Shown piece after piece: positions 13,640 to 25,477 of a stretch of 64,000 nucleotides of DNA. The DNA is from Lepidodermella squamata (Eukaryota > Animalia > Gastrotricha). A program made the position numbers and the translations under genes. The notes beneath the pieces are model-generated. The model saw nothing but the letters and a program-made list of their open reading frames with translations, made no database searches and was not told where the DNA came from. Each line of letters opens with the position of its first letter. The stretch's first letter is position 1. The stretch lies in NCBI GenBank assembly GCA_047495785.1, contig JBLDXI010000003.1:1-64000 (forward strand), written 5' to 3'.

Positions 13640-14396
13640 ATGGTAAGTGAATTGTCTAATTCATGTGCAGAAGAATTGTCACCGCAATAAATGAAAAATA
13701 GGTGGACGTGTTGGTGGTTGTGCTGCCGGTGGTGCTGGGCTCGCTTGCCCTGCTCGCCGTCGGCATTCTCGTGTGGTGCTGCTGCTGCGGCGGCCGGCTG
13801 CACCGCCAGCGCCTCGCCGCCTACCTCGCGCAACAGCACCCGACGCTGTTCGGCGGCGGCGGCGGCTCTAATACCAGTAGTGGGAACAGCCATTCGGCAT
13901 CGGCTAATGGAAAACGGTCGGTGGTGCTGGCGGGTGCGAACGGCCGCATCGCGACGGTGACGACATCGGCAGCCATCATGTCATCGTCGTCCGGCCCACG
14001 TTCCATCTACAACTATTCAAATGGCAGCGACAAGGCAGGGTTTACGAACTTGGAAACAGCTACGCATACAGGGGCGGCAATGGGACATCATGGCGGAGGC
14101 GGAGGCGGTGGGATGTGGGGCCGGAATGACGACGAAGACGACGAGCGAATGATAGCGTCGTACAACTACTTGCGCAACCACAACCAGCCGGCGTCGATTT
14201 ACCAGCACCAGAATTACGCATTCTACGACGACTTTGATGGCGGTCTGCTGCAGCACGGCTTTGCAACGGCGACAGGCGATGAAGACCCGGACTCGTGGGA
14301 GGCGTCGACGCTGCCAAGTGGCGGCATTGGCGGTGGGTCGAAGCTGGTGATTCAGTCATCGCCCGACCTGCTAGCCTACTCGGCATGGGCGGCCAG

Positions 14397-14430
<34 letters not shown>

Positions 14431-15651
14431 AGCAGCATTAGCAACGGCAGTGGGAGTACAGGCAAGCATTGGGACTACTCGCCGTACTTTGCCGTGCCGG
14501 ATAATCACTACCAACAGCAACACCAGCAGCCACAGCACAACAACTACTATTACCAACAGCAACAGCAACAACAGCAGCCGAATAGGCAGAGGCCGCATTT
14601 CGGCTCAGATTCAGCTGCAACGGCTGCTGCCGCTGCATCTGCAGTGGGTGTCAACATGCTGAATGGCAACAACGGCAACAGAACGCATCGCAACGGTGGC
14701 TCGGCGTCACTCATGGGTACGCAACAATTGCAGTTGCAATTGCAGAGGCAGCAACAGCAACAGCAGCAGTTGGCTCAGCAGCAGACTGCGACTACAGCAA
14801 CGGCAACGGCAACGGGTGTTTTCTCGGGTGCGGAGCTGGGCCTGAACCTGGACGAGCGCGAGGCGGCGGAGACGCTGAGCAGCATCAGCAGCCACGCGTC
14901 CTCGAACGTGTCGTACGGCGCGTACAACCTGGCGAGCGGCGCCGCTGTCAGTTCACTCGCGCCTATTGCAACTGCTAATGCGACGAATACGTTGAGCTCG
15001 ACTGCATCAGATGCACGGCCTTCCAATCAGCAACTGCCTGCATTGCTGAGACCGACGGCTGTTAGAACTGCTGCTGCTGCTACGACTGGAGCGATGCCTG
15101 TGATGATGATGACACATGCGACGACACTTGCACCACAACCACAACAACAACAATCTGAGGCGGTGAAGAACAGCAACAGCCCGAGGTACAACAACCATGA
15201 TGAAGATGATGATGAGGAGGATGACGGGGACGAGGAAGAGGATGGCAGTTTGGCCGGTTTCACAGCCTCCGATTACGACTACGACGACGACGACGACGAT
15301 GTCGGCGACAATGCAGACCATGACGACGTCAATCGAGCAAATACCAATGCGAATGCAAAAGCTGCAGTGGCAGCGATGGCAGCAACGGCAGGTGTCGCAT
15401 CGTCTTCATTGATGCTGCCTACTGCTTCAGCTGCTGCTGCTGCTGCTAATCTACACTCCTCCTCCTCCTCCTTCTCGCCCGCCTCCTATGTATCGCAGTC
15501 TGCTAGCGGTGGCGGTGGTGGTGGTGGCATTGACAACAACAGTAACAACTACAACCTAAGTAGTGGTGTCATCACCAGCACCGCCATTCCAACGGTGACT
15601 GTCACATCGGCAAAGCTAGATCCACCCGATTCGGGCGGCGTCTTTGTTTGA
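13640..15651 (+). CDS. Orphan single-pass membrane protein (~650 aa): N-terminal TM, WCCCC cluster, long Q/N/A/D/G low-complexity tail, C-terminal VFV
   Basis: ATG|GTAAGT at 13640-13648, a 59-nt intron ending ATAG at 13701, then a 649-codon GC-rich exon. TM segment VLVVVLPVVLGSLALLAVGILVW is followed by CCCC and RLHRQR. Confidence 0.8.
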
Positions 15652-17288
15652 CCAGTCCAAAGAGCGGCGCCTGATAATCTAAAAAAGACACCCCCGGTTG
15701 TTGCTGTTGGCGCAATCAATCATTCATTCATTCATTTTTTATGTCGGATCTTTCAGCTGTAAACATACATTACATGAAAACGTACAGATGCTACTATGCT
15801 AATACTACTACTACTACTACTACTATGTACTACTTGTGGTCAGTTCAACGTTTCAAACTATACCTACTACTTCTATTAATAATGGGAAACAACGCAAGGT
15901 GATTATTATCATTATTTCATTATTCGCAATGCGTGCATGTATTAACTTGGAATCTAAGCGAGCATAACTGAATAATTGTCAAGCCGAACCGCAGCGAATC
16001 TCGGTGTCCACATTTCTATTGTGCCTATTCGCAGTTGATGGGTTCTGTTCATCTCTTACAACTCACCGGCTTATCAATTATCTTGTTTTGGGGCCAAAAG
16101 CACCACTTTCTTACTTTTACTCACTCGCTCGCTCGCTCGCTTGTCGTGATTCGATTTTATACTTACCTATTTTTTGACTCGTTTGCATCAACGTGAATCT
16201 GCAGTTCAGTTTTTGTTGGTTGCACACTTCATTCCGACATTTTTCTATTATATTGGTTGCTTGTTCAATTTTTCTTCATCTGATGATATTTTTTCTTCAT
16301 TACATTGCATTTTATCGTATTGTGCCTGATGATGATTGTTGATACACAACATTACCTATTTTGTATTAAATGTGCTATTGTGATGGATCTTGTCGATCTG
16401 GTATGGTATGGTTCTCTTCGAACGGGTTTCTCTTATTTTTTTCCAACTCATTTCGCCATCGATTTCGAACAATCTTTACTTTTCTCTTCGAATCGTGTTC
16501 TCTCGTTTATCGATTATCATCTGAAATTCGAAACTCTGCACTGGTGATATTTCTGGTCATCTTTTGTTATAATATTATAGGAGCGGTACTTTCTACTTTT
16601 TTTCAATTGGGTCTGCTAATATACTTGCATTCATTCAGTATATGCTAATAGATATACATCAGTATTTTTGTACGTATTTTTTTGCGTTTTGTGTGTGCGA
16701 TTACTCATCATTACACCACTTACAAACGTAACTGTGCTACAAATTATGATCGATGCTATCGATTTTTTTCACTCGGTTTCCAGCTTTACTAATGTTATTA
16801 TTGTTGGTGTTCTTGTCGGTGACTTGACGCTGTGTTACTAATTATTATTATTCCTCGAATGCGGGCCAGCCAACGCTTCGATGGCAGCTTCGAATATCAC
16901 GGCGGTTGCGCATTCGCTGCGGACCAACCAGCCATCTACTGTACGTGTTGAAACTACACTGGCTATAACATTGTAGTAATTATTTATTTGAGAAATTAAT
17001 ACAATAATAATAAAGTTGAAGATTGCGCATTTCCCTACGTTTTTTCGTTACCGCTTTTTCGTTGAGTTTTTAGCCCCGGATTTGAGTTTCAGTTCAGTTG
17101 CCGTTTTCCAGTTTTACATGCCCATTCATTTAAATTGATTGCCAGCTTGGAGAGAGATAGAATACAATGAAATTCGCGACATCCATTGCCCGTGATTTGT
17201 TTCTTAGCGCTAAAACTTAAATTTCCGATTGACATTCGCAACGTGGCGTACCAATCAGTATGGTTCGTTTTTTTGACATTCGCTAGGA

Positions 17289-17944
17289 ATGAATTCAGCG
17301 AGTGAATTGCATGCACAGGTTGACGCGCTAACAGTCGCCGTGCCCGTCGCTTTGGTTGGAGCTTTCCTCCTCGGCCTGGGCATATCCCTGCTGATTTACT
17401 GGTACATCAAAAAGCGCCGTCAAAATGGCCACGGCTTGTTCAACAAGCCACCGCCGAAGCCACTCGGCTCCAAAGCAAGCACTCTAGCCAAGGTGAGCTA
17501 CACGTTGAGCTATTTTTAGATGAACACCAACTTCTGTTTGCGCTGCAGGCTCGCGAGTGGTCTGCGGCTCACCGCCTCAATACGGCTAAGCAGCGAGAGG
17601 AGGCAGCCGCAACAGCCGAGTCTGAGGTGAAACTGCCGGCCCGCCGATTGCCGCCCATAGCTAGGCGACCTTCGATTCCGCTGCCACCAGAACCTCTGGT
17701 GCAATTATCAGCGGGACAGGGCGAATCGACTGATGCCATGAAAGCGCACCGGCCAAGACGAGCGCCTGCGAGCATCTTGCAGTCGCAGCAACAGCAGCAG
17801 CAGCAGCAGCCGACGCCGGCGCAGTCGAACCAAGAGACGGCCATCGAAATGATGCCTATCAAGCCACCCCCTCCGAAAATCAAACACCAATCGATCAGCA
17901 GCGGTGTCAACTTTGCCGATTCAATGACCGCTAGAATTCTGTGA
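17289..17944 (+). CDS. Orphan type III single-pass membrane protein (199 aa; exons 17289-17492, 17549-17944)
   Basis: TM VAVPVALVGAFLLGLGISLLIYWYI followed by KKRR. A 56-nt phase-0 intron (GTGAGC...TGCAG) joins two ORFs in frame. The tail is Pro/Gln-rich. Confidence 0.8.
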
Positions 17945-19300
17945 TTCTAACAGCTGCAATGGTCGTAAGAGCAACTAATTTTAGATTTTAGATGTTTCTC
18001 TACTACCCATTTTCATGCTGCTGATTTTAATGAAATGATCTCGAGTGATTTTTATATACGATTTTGTACCTCTTATTTATGCTTTTTTTTACTTGAAGTG
18101 TGCAATAAAGGTTTGACGATATTTGAAATTTCAAAGAGTGAAGAAATGAACGATAAACAGTTATGGTGAATATTATCATTTTTCCATCGGTGTTTTCTAA
18201 AATGTCTATAATAATCATAATCAGTTGTTCAATGATTTTCTTTTTATTCGAGATTTCATTCCCTGGACAACTAAATATTATGATGGACTCAGAGAGCATG
18301 TTGTAATTTACGTCTGCCGGCGGAAGCTGATCAAAGGTCCATAAGCACTTGGAGAGTCAACATACCGGATTGGCAAGAGGGTTCTAGTCTTGCGTTCTAG
18401 ATATATGCCTCCGAAAGTCGGAAGTAGCGCCCTCATCTCTTGCATGCTTACAGATTTTTTAAATAATGTTGAAGTCCATGAAGGCCTTCGTGAAGCCGTA
18501 ATGACATGGTGAGCTGTTCAGCACCCCTGAACAGATATCATCGATGCTGTGGTCTGAAATTAGTAGTTCGACGACTACTACTCATTCTGTTCTATTCGCG
18601 GGGAAATTACGTCAGCAATAAGCTTTGCTCTCAAATATCATATGTGCCGCCCGAAAAGGTGGCATTTAGAAGAATGAATCAAATGATCGGCGTGCTCATT
18701 TCACCCAAATCGAACGTTTCCACGGGCAGTCGGAACCGTGTTAACAAATCAATCGTGCACGGGACTGACATGAAATATGCATACAATCGCCACGAACGGC
18801 CGCATTATTAATGTTTGATGTACTATTGCGTCATCTTCGAAAATGTGCTTGAATGTTTTGAGGCCCCCCGCTCAACCCACTGAGTGAATCGATGGATCGA
18901 TCGGTCGCCGGTGCGTAGCCGTGACACAAGTTTATATACAAATGAGTGGCGTGGATACGTGAGCTTACCTGGGATGTATCGGCTGCTATAAACAAATCGC
19001 CCAGTACATGACGTTGCAATCATCGAGGAAACCGAGTGAAGTAACCCGTTTCAACCTTCTTACTAAGGGCTTCGTAACACGGCACAGGCTTAAAGTAGCC
19101 AACTTAAAGACACTTTTATTTGCATGTTGACTTTTTACCACTTTATGCACCACCAGCGATCATCTTATCCTTTTATTTTGCTTGGGATCACAATATTGAT
19201 TAGTCGTATACTTCGCATGATCACTTGCTTTTCAGATTTACATCAATCAGATTTACATATTCAGAAATTTGCATAGGCCATCGGCATTTGAAAGAAAGAC

Positions 19301-20521
19301 ATGGCGTGTGAAACTCGCCAAGTTTTCACTTACCTGTTGTTCTCGGCGTGCTTAGCAGTTTGCTATGCAACTCAGGAACAAGTAGGTGCCGATTTTACGG
19401 CAATATCATCGACAGTTTCGATCGGGTCGTTGCTCGTTGTTGCCGTAGTAGCTTTGGCAGTTATTTCGCTGGTTCTGGCAAATTGCGGCGACAGCTCGCC
19501 TCCGCAGACGGTCGGCCAGCCGATGAAAGGCCACAACGTGCAGCCGGCGCCTGGCATGGTTCGCCAGCCGCAGCCAGCTCACGTTCAGGCGACGTTTGGC
19601 GCTAACAGTAAATAACGCCCTATTTTTGTTCAATCACTTTAAAACTGTTTTTTTATAGGCAACGATTATGAAAATGCGGCTCGCGCCGGTCTGGGCTTCC
19701 TAGATAATGCCCTCGGAATGGGCAATGGACGAACAAGTATGCATGTATCTGTGAATGCCCCGCCGCCACACTATGGATACCCGCAACCACCGCCTTCGGG
19801 GCCGCGAAAACCTGCCCCAGCAGCCGCTAATGTGACCATGTCCACAAATGTTGCCGCACCGGCAGTCGGCATGAGCGTTAAAGCCTCGGCTCCCGTCGCC
19901 CCTCCAGCCGCTCACGTGTCCATGTCGACGGTAAAATCCTTAAAATAATTAATCCCTTAACGCATCCCTTAAATTGTCTCTTCTGAACATAGAATGTCGC
20001 GCCTGCTGCGAGCATGCATGTCTCAGCCGGTCATCCAACGTCGATGGGCGTGAGCATGGGTGGATTCGGAGGCGGTTTCTTCGGTGGACCAGCTGTTAGT
20101 GTGACGGCTGCCGGCGGCGGTTACGGAGCCCCCTCCGGTTACTACGGCGGCGCAGTCGCTGCGCCGTCCATGGGCGTTGGTGTCGGCATGAACACAGGCC
20201 ACGCTTCGATGAGCATGTCAGGGGGTAAGCCTTCAGCTCGCATCCTGCTTGAAATACATATTTTATCATGGCACAATTTTATCTCTTGCAGGTGGTTGGG
20301 GAGGCGCGTCTCATGTGGATGCTGACTTCGGCGGAGGTGGATTCGGAAGCGCTGGTGGCGGCGGGCACGCTTCGTTTGCGGCGGCTGGAGCAGGTGGTGG
20401 CGGCGGCTGGAACATGTCTTCGTCAACGAGTGGTCACTATTCCGAGTCCCACTCCGAAACAACGACTGTCAACGGACAGGTGACGTCGCACAACGCGTCG
20501 GGAATGCAAACCTCTTGGTAA
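19301..20521 (+). CDS. Orphan type I membrane protein (346 aa; exons 19301-19607, 19659-19930, 19993-20224, 20292-20521): signal peptide, very short ectodomain, TM, Pro/Gly/Ala/Ser/Met-rich tail
   Basis: Three GT-AG introns (51, 62, 67 nt) join four ORF-track fragments with consistent phases. There are two hydrophobic segments at the N-terminus. Confidence 0.85.
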
Positions 20522-21022
20522 CTGCCAAGGCGCAATGTCAATGCCGCATGTTATTCCTGGTTTTATCGAAAATCACAATTACTGTTACGTTGTATTCTGT
20601 CGTAATGTCAAAATTTCTCAATTTTTTGTGTTGTGTTGGTTTCCAATCGAATATTTTGTTTAGTTTTCTGAACGAATCCATTAGTCTGCTCGTTTAAGCT
20701 TATAACTTCCTACCTATACCAGTCAGATTATTGATAAAATGAACTGCTGTTTTGATGTCAAATCGTTGGATCAATAAAACCGAGAAGAATATCGGCCATT
20801 GTGTCTTGGCAACTCTTTCTTATGGATTATTTTCTACCGTGTTTGTTAATGCATTATTGAGTAGAACAGGCTTACAGTGCAGCCGCTCGCGACGGCGCGA
20901 GGCGTTGCATCGATTTGACGAGAGGAGAAGACACTAGCATTCGAACCATAACAACATTAAACGACGCTCTGCTCTTTCTATCTCTCTAAAACGGTAGCTT
21001 ATATTCTCTAGCAATTTTCGCC

Positions 21023-21489
21023 ATGCTGAAATTTCTAAGCAGTCATGGGAAATGGTCGTTTGCATTCTTCGGCCTTATTCTGGCAGTCTCGTTGACCTCA
21101 AGTCAAGTTGAGGCAAAGTTAGGGTCCAATGGCACAAGTCGCCTCGGCCCTCTGTTGTACATCTATGCCGGAGTTCTTGGTGGCGTACCCGTCCTTTGCT
21201 GCCTCTGCATTTGCTTGTGCGTCTGCTGCCGAGCTCGCGGTAGTCGTAAGAACAAGGTTAGCCAACAACTGAATATCTCCAGTTGCTCAAGATTGTTTAT
21301 TTTCAGGAACTGATTGAGCAACAAAAGAGCCTAAATCGAAATTATCCAGGGGGACCTCCAGTTCAGGGTGCCATTCCCTTACAAAACGTTGCTTATGGTG
21401 GCGGAATGGGCGGTGTTGCGCCAGGATATGCATATGACCAACCCGTTACACCCCATTCTGGCTACGGCGGTTATGATAGCAGAGCATAA
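21023..21489 (+). CDS. Small type I membrane protein (138 aa; exons 21023-21256, 21307-21489) with Cys-rich TM end and Gly/Pro/Tyr tail; Shisa/WBP1-like architecture
   Basis: Signal peptide ending SQVEA, TM ending LCCLCICLCVCCR and a basic stop-transfer stretch. A 50-nt phase-0 intron runs GTTAGC...TTTCAG. Confidence 0.8.
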
Positions 21490-21676
21490 CTTCTTCAGTG
21501 TCAAAAGGAATCACCATCGTTTGACCCGGTTAAATGCAGTTCTCGGTGTGGCTTTCAGTTTATTCTGACTTCTGACTTGATGAAATTGTATTTCTTTTGA
21601 ACAATAAATTCTTAGAATGAGGTTCTTCACCATTTTATTAACTTCATCAAGTTACGTGAGCGAAATTTCACGCATA

Positions 21677-22265
21677 GTTAGTTAGTTAGTAGTTTTATTT
21701 TTGCTCCCAACATGTTACAATTTTTTTAGGTATCTATCATATAGATACTAAGTAGTTATATATATCACATATATATTGATAAATCTGGAGCCAGGGACAC
21801 TTATGCGCCCTGTCCATCCGCATCACAGCATTGAGATAGAATTTTTAACATTATTTTTAAAAATAAGTCTATCTTTGATATCAATAATATTTACAGGCAA
21901 TTTGTTCCACTTATTAACTACTCTATAGCTGAAAAAATTATACAATACATCGAGATGAGATTTACGCATTAAGAGATAATACTTGTGACTACGCGTGTCA
22001 TAATTAGATTTTTTAATATCGAAAAAGCAAGTGGTGTGCAAGTTAACATTTCCTTTTAGAATATCATTTGTAACGCACAGGTCCCTTACTTGGTGGCGTT
22101 GAATAATACTTAAGCGATTAAGAGAACGAAGCCTTAATTCATAGTCGTGTGTTTTCATGACTCGCCACGTGAAATTTTTTTGGACACTTTCTAACAACTT
22201 CTGGTCACCGATAAACCTAGGAGACCATACTGTGCTACAATAAAGAACTATAGGTAGTACATAGT
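21677..22265 (-). mobile_element. 5'-truncated CR1/L2-clade LINE: C-terminal end of ORF2 plus 3' UTR
   Basis: The ORF reads YVLPIVLYCSTVWSP...LESVQKNFT...YELRLRSL...FFSYRVVNKWNKLP, typical of post-RT CR1/L2 ORF2. It is AT-rich, and the 3' end has AATAAA plus a (CTAA)n tail. GCATA on both sides (21672-21676, 22266-22270) may be a TSD. Confidence 0.85.
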
Positions 22266-23167
22266 GCATACGCTACGCTCGCTGCAGTTTTATCTTGCAA
22301 TCTTTATTCCTCTTTCGCGGACGTCAGTTTTAGCAGGGCCTATTACTGTCCCCTGTCGCCTGTCCCCTTGCCTATCCCCACGGCCCAATGAAGCAAAATG
22401 AATCATCAGGCGCTAAAACTACATGAGGGATGGTGATATAAGTGGCGTAGAGTCTTGTAATAGCCATTTTTCCTGGTGCGCTTTACAGCTTCAATTCCGC
22501 ATAGCTTCCCCTGAAAACTAAGACATCATCAGAAACAGAACGCTGCTCTTTCACGATTCGTCAGCATTTAGCATTCAGCAAAAAAAGTCCTCAAATGTCT
22601 GCAGCAAATTTTAGTTTAATAAATTGCTGCTATAATTTTTAAACATGTTAAATAGTTTTTTTATTAGCAAATTATGAATTTTATTTTTGCGTGCAGTGGT
22701 TTTCACCTTGATTAATCAAAAATTATTACAGATTACGTTCCGCTTCAGGCTTTTTGAGGCTTTAAACGGGCAGGAAGGTGTCGATTTCTTGATGTCGCCG
22801 TCCTGCGTGGAGGCGTAGGTTACTGATCAATAACGACTAATGTTTCATTTGATGCAGTGTATGATATATTTTACGTTACTAATATGAACGTTCTTAGATC
22901 CTCTATCTACTTCTTTATCTATCAGGATTTACATATCATTCCATCCTTTTTGTTGTCTCACTTTTAATGTGCCTCAGAAAATGGTAGCTGCTTGTCAATT
23001 TGTGCATTAGTTGTAGGGTAGATCTGATCTTATTCCCAGTGGGCTTACTATTGACGTCCTCAGATGTTTCAAGTTTCAACTTCAGGCTATCGGCTGTCTA
23101 CATGTATTCTCGTTTAGGTCGTTGTTGAATAAGCGTTTACTATTGCCGCTATTTATTACTCATAACG

Positions 23168-23383
23168 ATGGCTACTGGTCAATCTGCTGCTGCTCTTCAG
23201 CTGAAGCAAAGCATGGTGCAACTGCGCAAGGAAGCGAGTCTGAAGCGTCTGCCGGCCAGCCAAACGCTCAACGAATTCGTGCGCCACATCCTGGACAGCC
23301 AAGACAAGGACGCTCTGGTAATGGGCTTCCCATCCAAGAAGGACAATCCGTTCTCGGAGAAGAGCGGATGTTTGCTACTATAA
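23168..23383 (+). CDS. GNG: Heterotrimeric G-protein gamma subunit (71 aa)
   Basis: GGL-domain pattern VQLRKEASLKRLPAS...DALVMG...NPFSEK and C-terminal CAAX box CLLL. Confidence 0.93.
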   Translation: MATGQSAAALQLKQSMVQLRKEASLKRLPASQTLNEFVRHILDSQDKDALVMGFPSKKDNPFSEKSGCLLL

Positions 23384-24643
23384 CATGACATTCGCGGCTG
23401 TGCGCGATGAATCTTGCACAATTTTATTATTGTTACGGCTACTATTACCTAAATGTATGAATGTAATTCTTCTTATTAACGAACGCTGTCGCATAATTGG
23501 ATATGAAAGAGGATGAAGAGCGCGATCTTCACAATTGAGACCCTTAAAATTCGTTGCAATATCTCAAAATTGTTTGACATGTTGATCTGAAAACCTTTGG
23601 CTGTGTGTTGTTGCCACCTTGCCTGCTAGCTATGAATCCCATACGTGAGTGCTGTTTGTGTAATTGTGATCTGTGTTGGCTTATTTATTTTATCATTTGC
23701 ACGGCAATACCTTGTGTTCTAGTCCTTGCTCCGTTCTTGCAATTTTAAGAATCAGTCTACAGTTGAGAAATCTTTTGCCAAATGTGCACTCTGATGATAA
23801 TAGGTATTAATAGGCATGCTTGATCTGAAAACTGAATCGAAGACGCGTCTCTGTCATCGCAATTAAATGACAACTGTTGCTTTTTGTAAAACCAAATCGC
23901 AGTCTGCAATCATGTTCGTGTCAGAAACAATAAAGTGTAGTGACGTTGAATTCGAGTTTTCACACCCACTCTGAAGAGCTTGATTATTTGGCACTGCGGG
24001 ATGTAGCAAAGCGCCAGTAATAGTTGCTGAAACTGTAAGAGCAGTAATGCATGTGAAGAAACAAAAGTAATTTTGGTTCAAGAAATCAATCGGCAACAAT
24101 GGTTCCTATGATAAAACCCACCTTATTTATGCTGAGCCAGAATAACGGATGTGAATATGAATTGAATGCGGTGCATACAGTCAGACTTTGAAGATGGGCA
24201 TGCCAAAAGCCGAAGGTAGAGACCCATGGGGACACATTTAGTCTTTCAGCTGTATGATTTTCAAGACCGAGCGTACTCGAAAATATCTAGATGCAAGTCA
24301 GCAGAAGCAATCCACGGAAACATGAGTTGGGTGGCCGTTAAGACGCGTTTGCAGGATCTGGGAAATGCTCAGGTTTCAGATACTCCTGATAAAACAATTT
24401 GAATGGATAAAACTTGAGAGGCCAGCTCGTGGTTCGCCTAATTTAGCCAGCAGTGCCTTCGATAGAACGTAGAACAGATCTCATTGTCCCACGCGAGAAT
24501 TCGTAACATGACAAAGCCACAAATTTCAGCGAGTTGCTCCTTCTAGAGTTGCGCTCTCGAAAAAAGTCGTGATCAATGTGCATAAAACTCGATTTATTAT
24601 CAGGCACAAAAATACAAGATGGCATTTGAGCAATGATTGTCTA

Positions 24644-25477
24644 CTATTGTTTACTGCTATCCGGGGCCGCTGCTTCGCCGGTCCCGCTGTCGGCCGCCTT
24701 CTTGCCGGCGTCGGGCAGCACGCCGCCGGTGAGCGAGAGGACGGTGCGCTCGACCTTCTTCTCCTTGCGCATCTTCTTCTTGAGGCGCTTCTCCTCCTCC
24801 TGCTTGCGCTCGACCAGCTCGAGGAAGCGCGGGTCGCGCGGGCTCAGCTCGTAGCCGAAGTACTCGCGCGCCTCGTCCAGCAGCGTCTGTCGCTTCTCGT
24901 CCAGCTTCGAAATCTCGCCCGCCCGCCGGGCCCGTTTCGCGTGGAACTTCGCTATCATGTCCGGCATCTGCGCCATCGCCTTCGCAACCTTCTCTTCCCT
25001 GAAGAGACGATACGGTAATAGCAAATATCGTTGGATTCAGTACGATTCGACAAACCTCTCTCGTTGAGCCTTCTCATCCGCCTCCACCTGCTGGCGATGG
25101 GCGGCGAGTAGGGAATCGAGGGATGGCTCAAATTGAGTCTGGAATTTAACCAACTGTTCGAACTCTTGTTTCGTCGGCCAAGCAATCGCTGTTTGAAATC
25201 AACCAAGAACTAAGAAAGATTATAAGAAAAAAAGCGGCGTACAAGGGTCGATGTTTGAAGCTGAGCCGAGTTTGCCGAAAAGATGCCGTTTTTCGTCGAT
25301 CGTAGTCGCCGGCTGGGCCGCAGCCGCTTGTTTCAGGTGAGCAGGTAGTCGAGATACGTCACATTCGTTGAGGTCGTCTTCCTGCTGCTCGGCCGGCCTC
25401 GCTGACGAGAACAGCCGGCGAGGCAGGGCAAAATTCTGCTGAGCAGTTGGTAACAGTCGCCTCAGCAAGTTAGACAT
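24644..25477 (-). CDS. GADD45GIP1: Mitoribosomal protein mL64 / CRIF1 (3 exons)
   Basis: The spliced product contains LFGKLGSASNIDPSIAWPT...EPSL...REEKVAKAMAQMP...EAREYFGYELSPRDPRFLEL, matching CRIF1 motifs. The N-terminus is Arg-rich like a mitochondrial presequence, and there are two short in-phase introns. Confidence 0.88.

Larger units (their letters stand above)
1..21302. repeat. Giant nested quasi-palindrome centred near 10,655. Segments: 1-7621 = inverse of 13691-21302; 7617-10502 = direct copy of 16275-19159; 10495-13530 = inverse of 16440-19473
   Basis: Identical ORFs recur on opposite strands at mirror coordinates (7610<->13702, 2005<->19301, 4018<->17289). Base 1 onward is the reverse complement of ~21302 backward. 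Junctions were read directly at 7617-7621 (TTCAT), 10495-10502 (ACCAGCGA) and 13530/13531. Confidence 0.97.

Noticed and set aside
13600-13700. ATG|GTAAGT as a possible SL RNA gene
   Set aside because: No Sm-binding site (AATTTTTGG-like) follows, and it pairs well with a cis acceptor 59 nt downstream.
16855-16945. GC-rich island with a short GAATGCG/CGCATTC stem in AT-rich non-coding DNA
   Set aside because: The stem is too short and has no tRNA, snoRNA or SECIS hallmarks; its four copies come only from the duplication.
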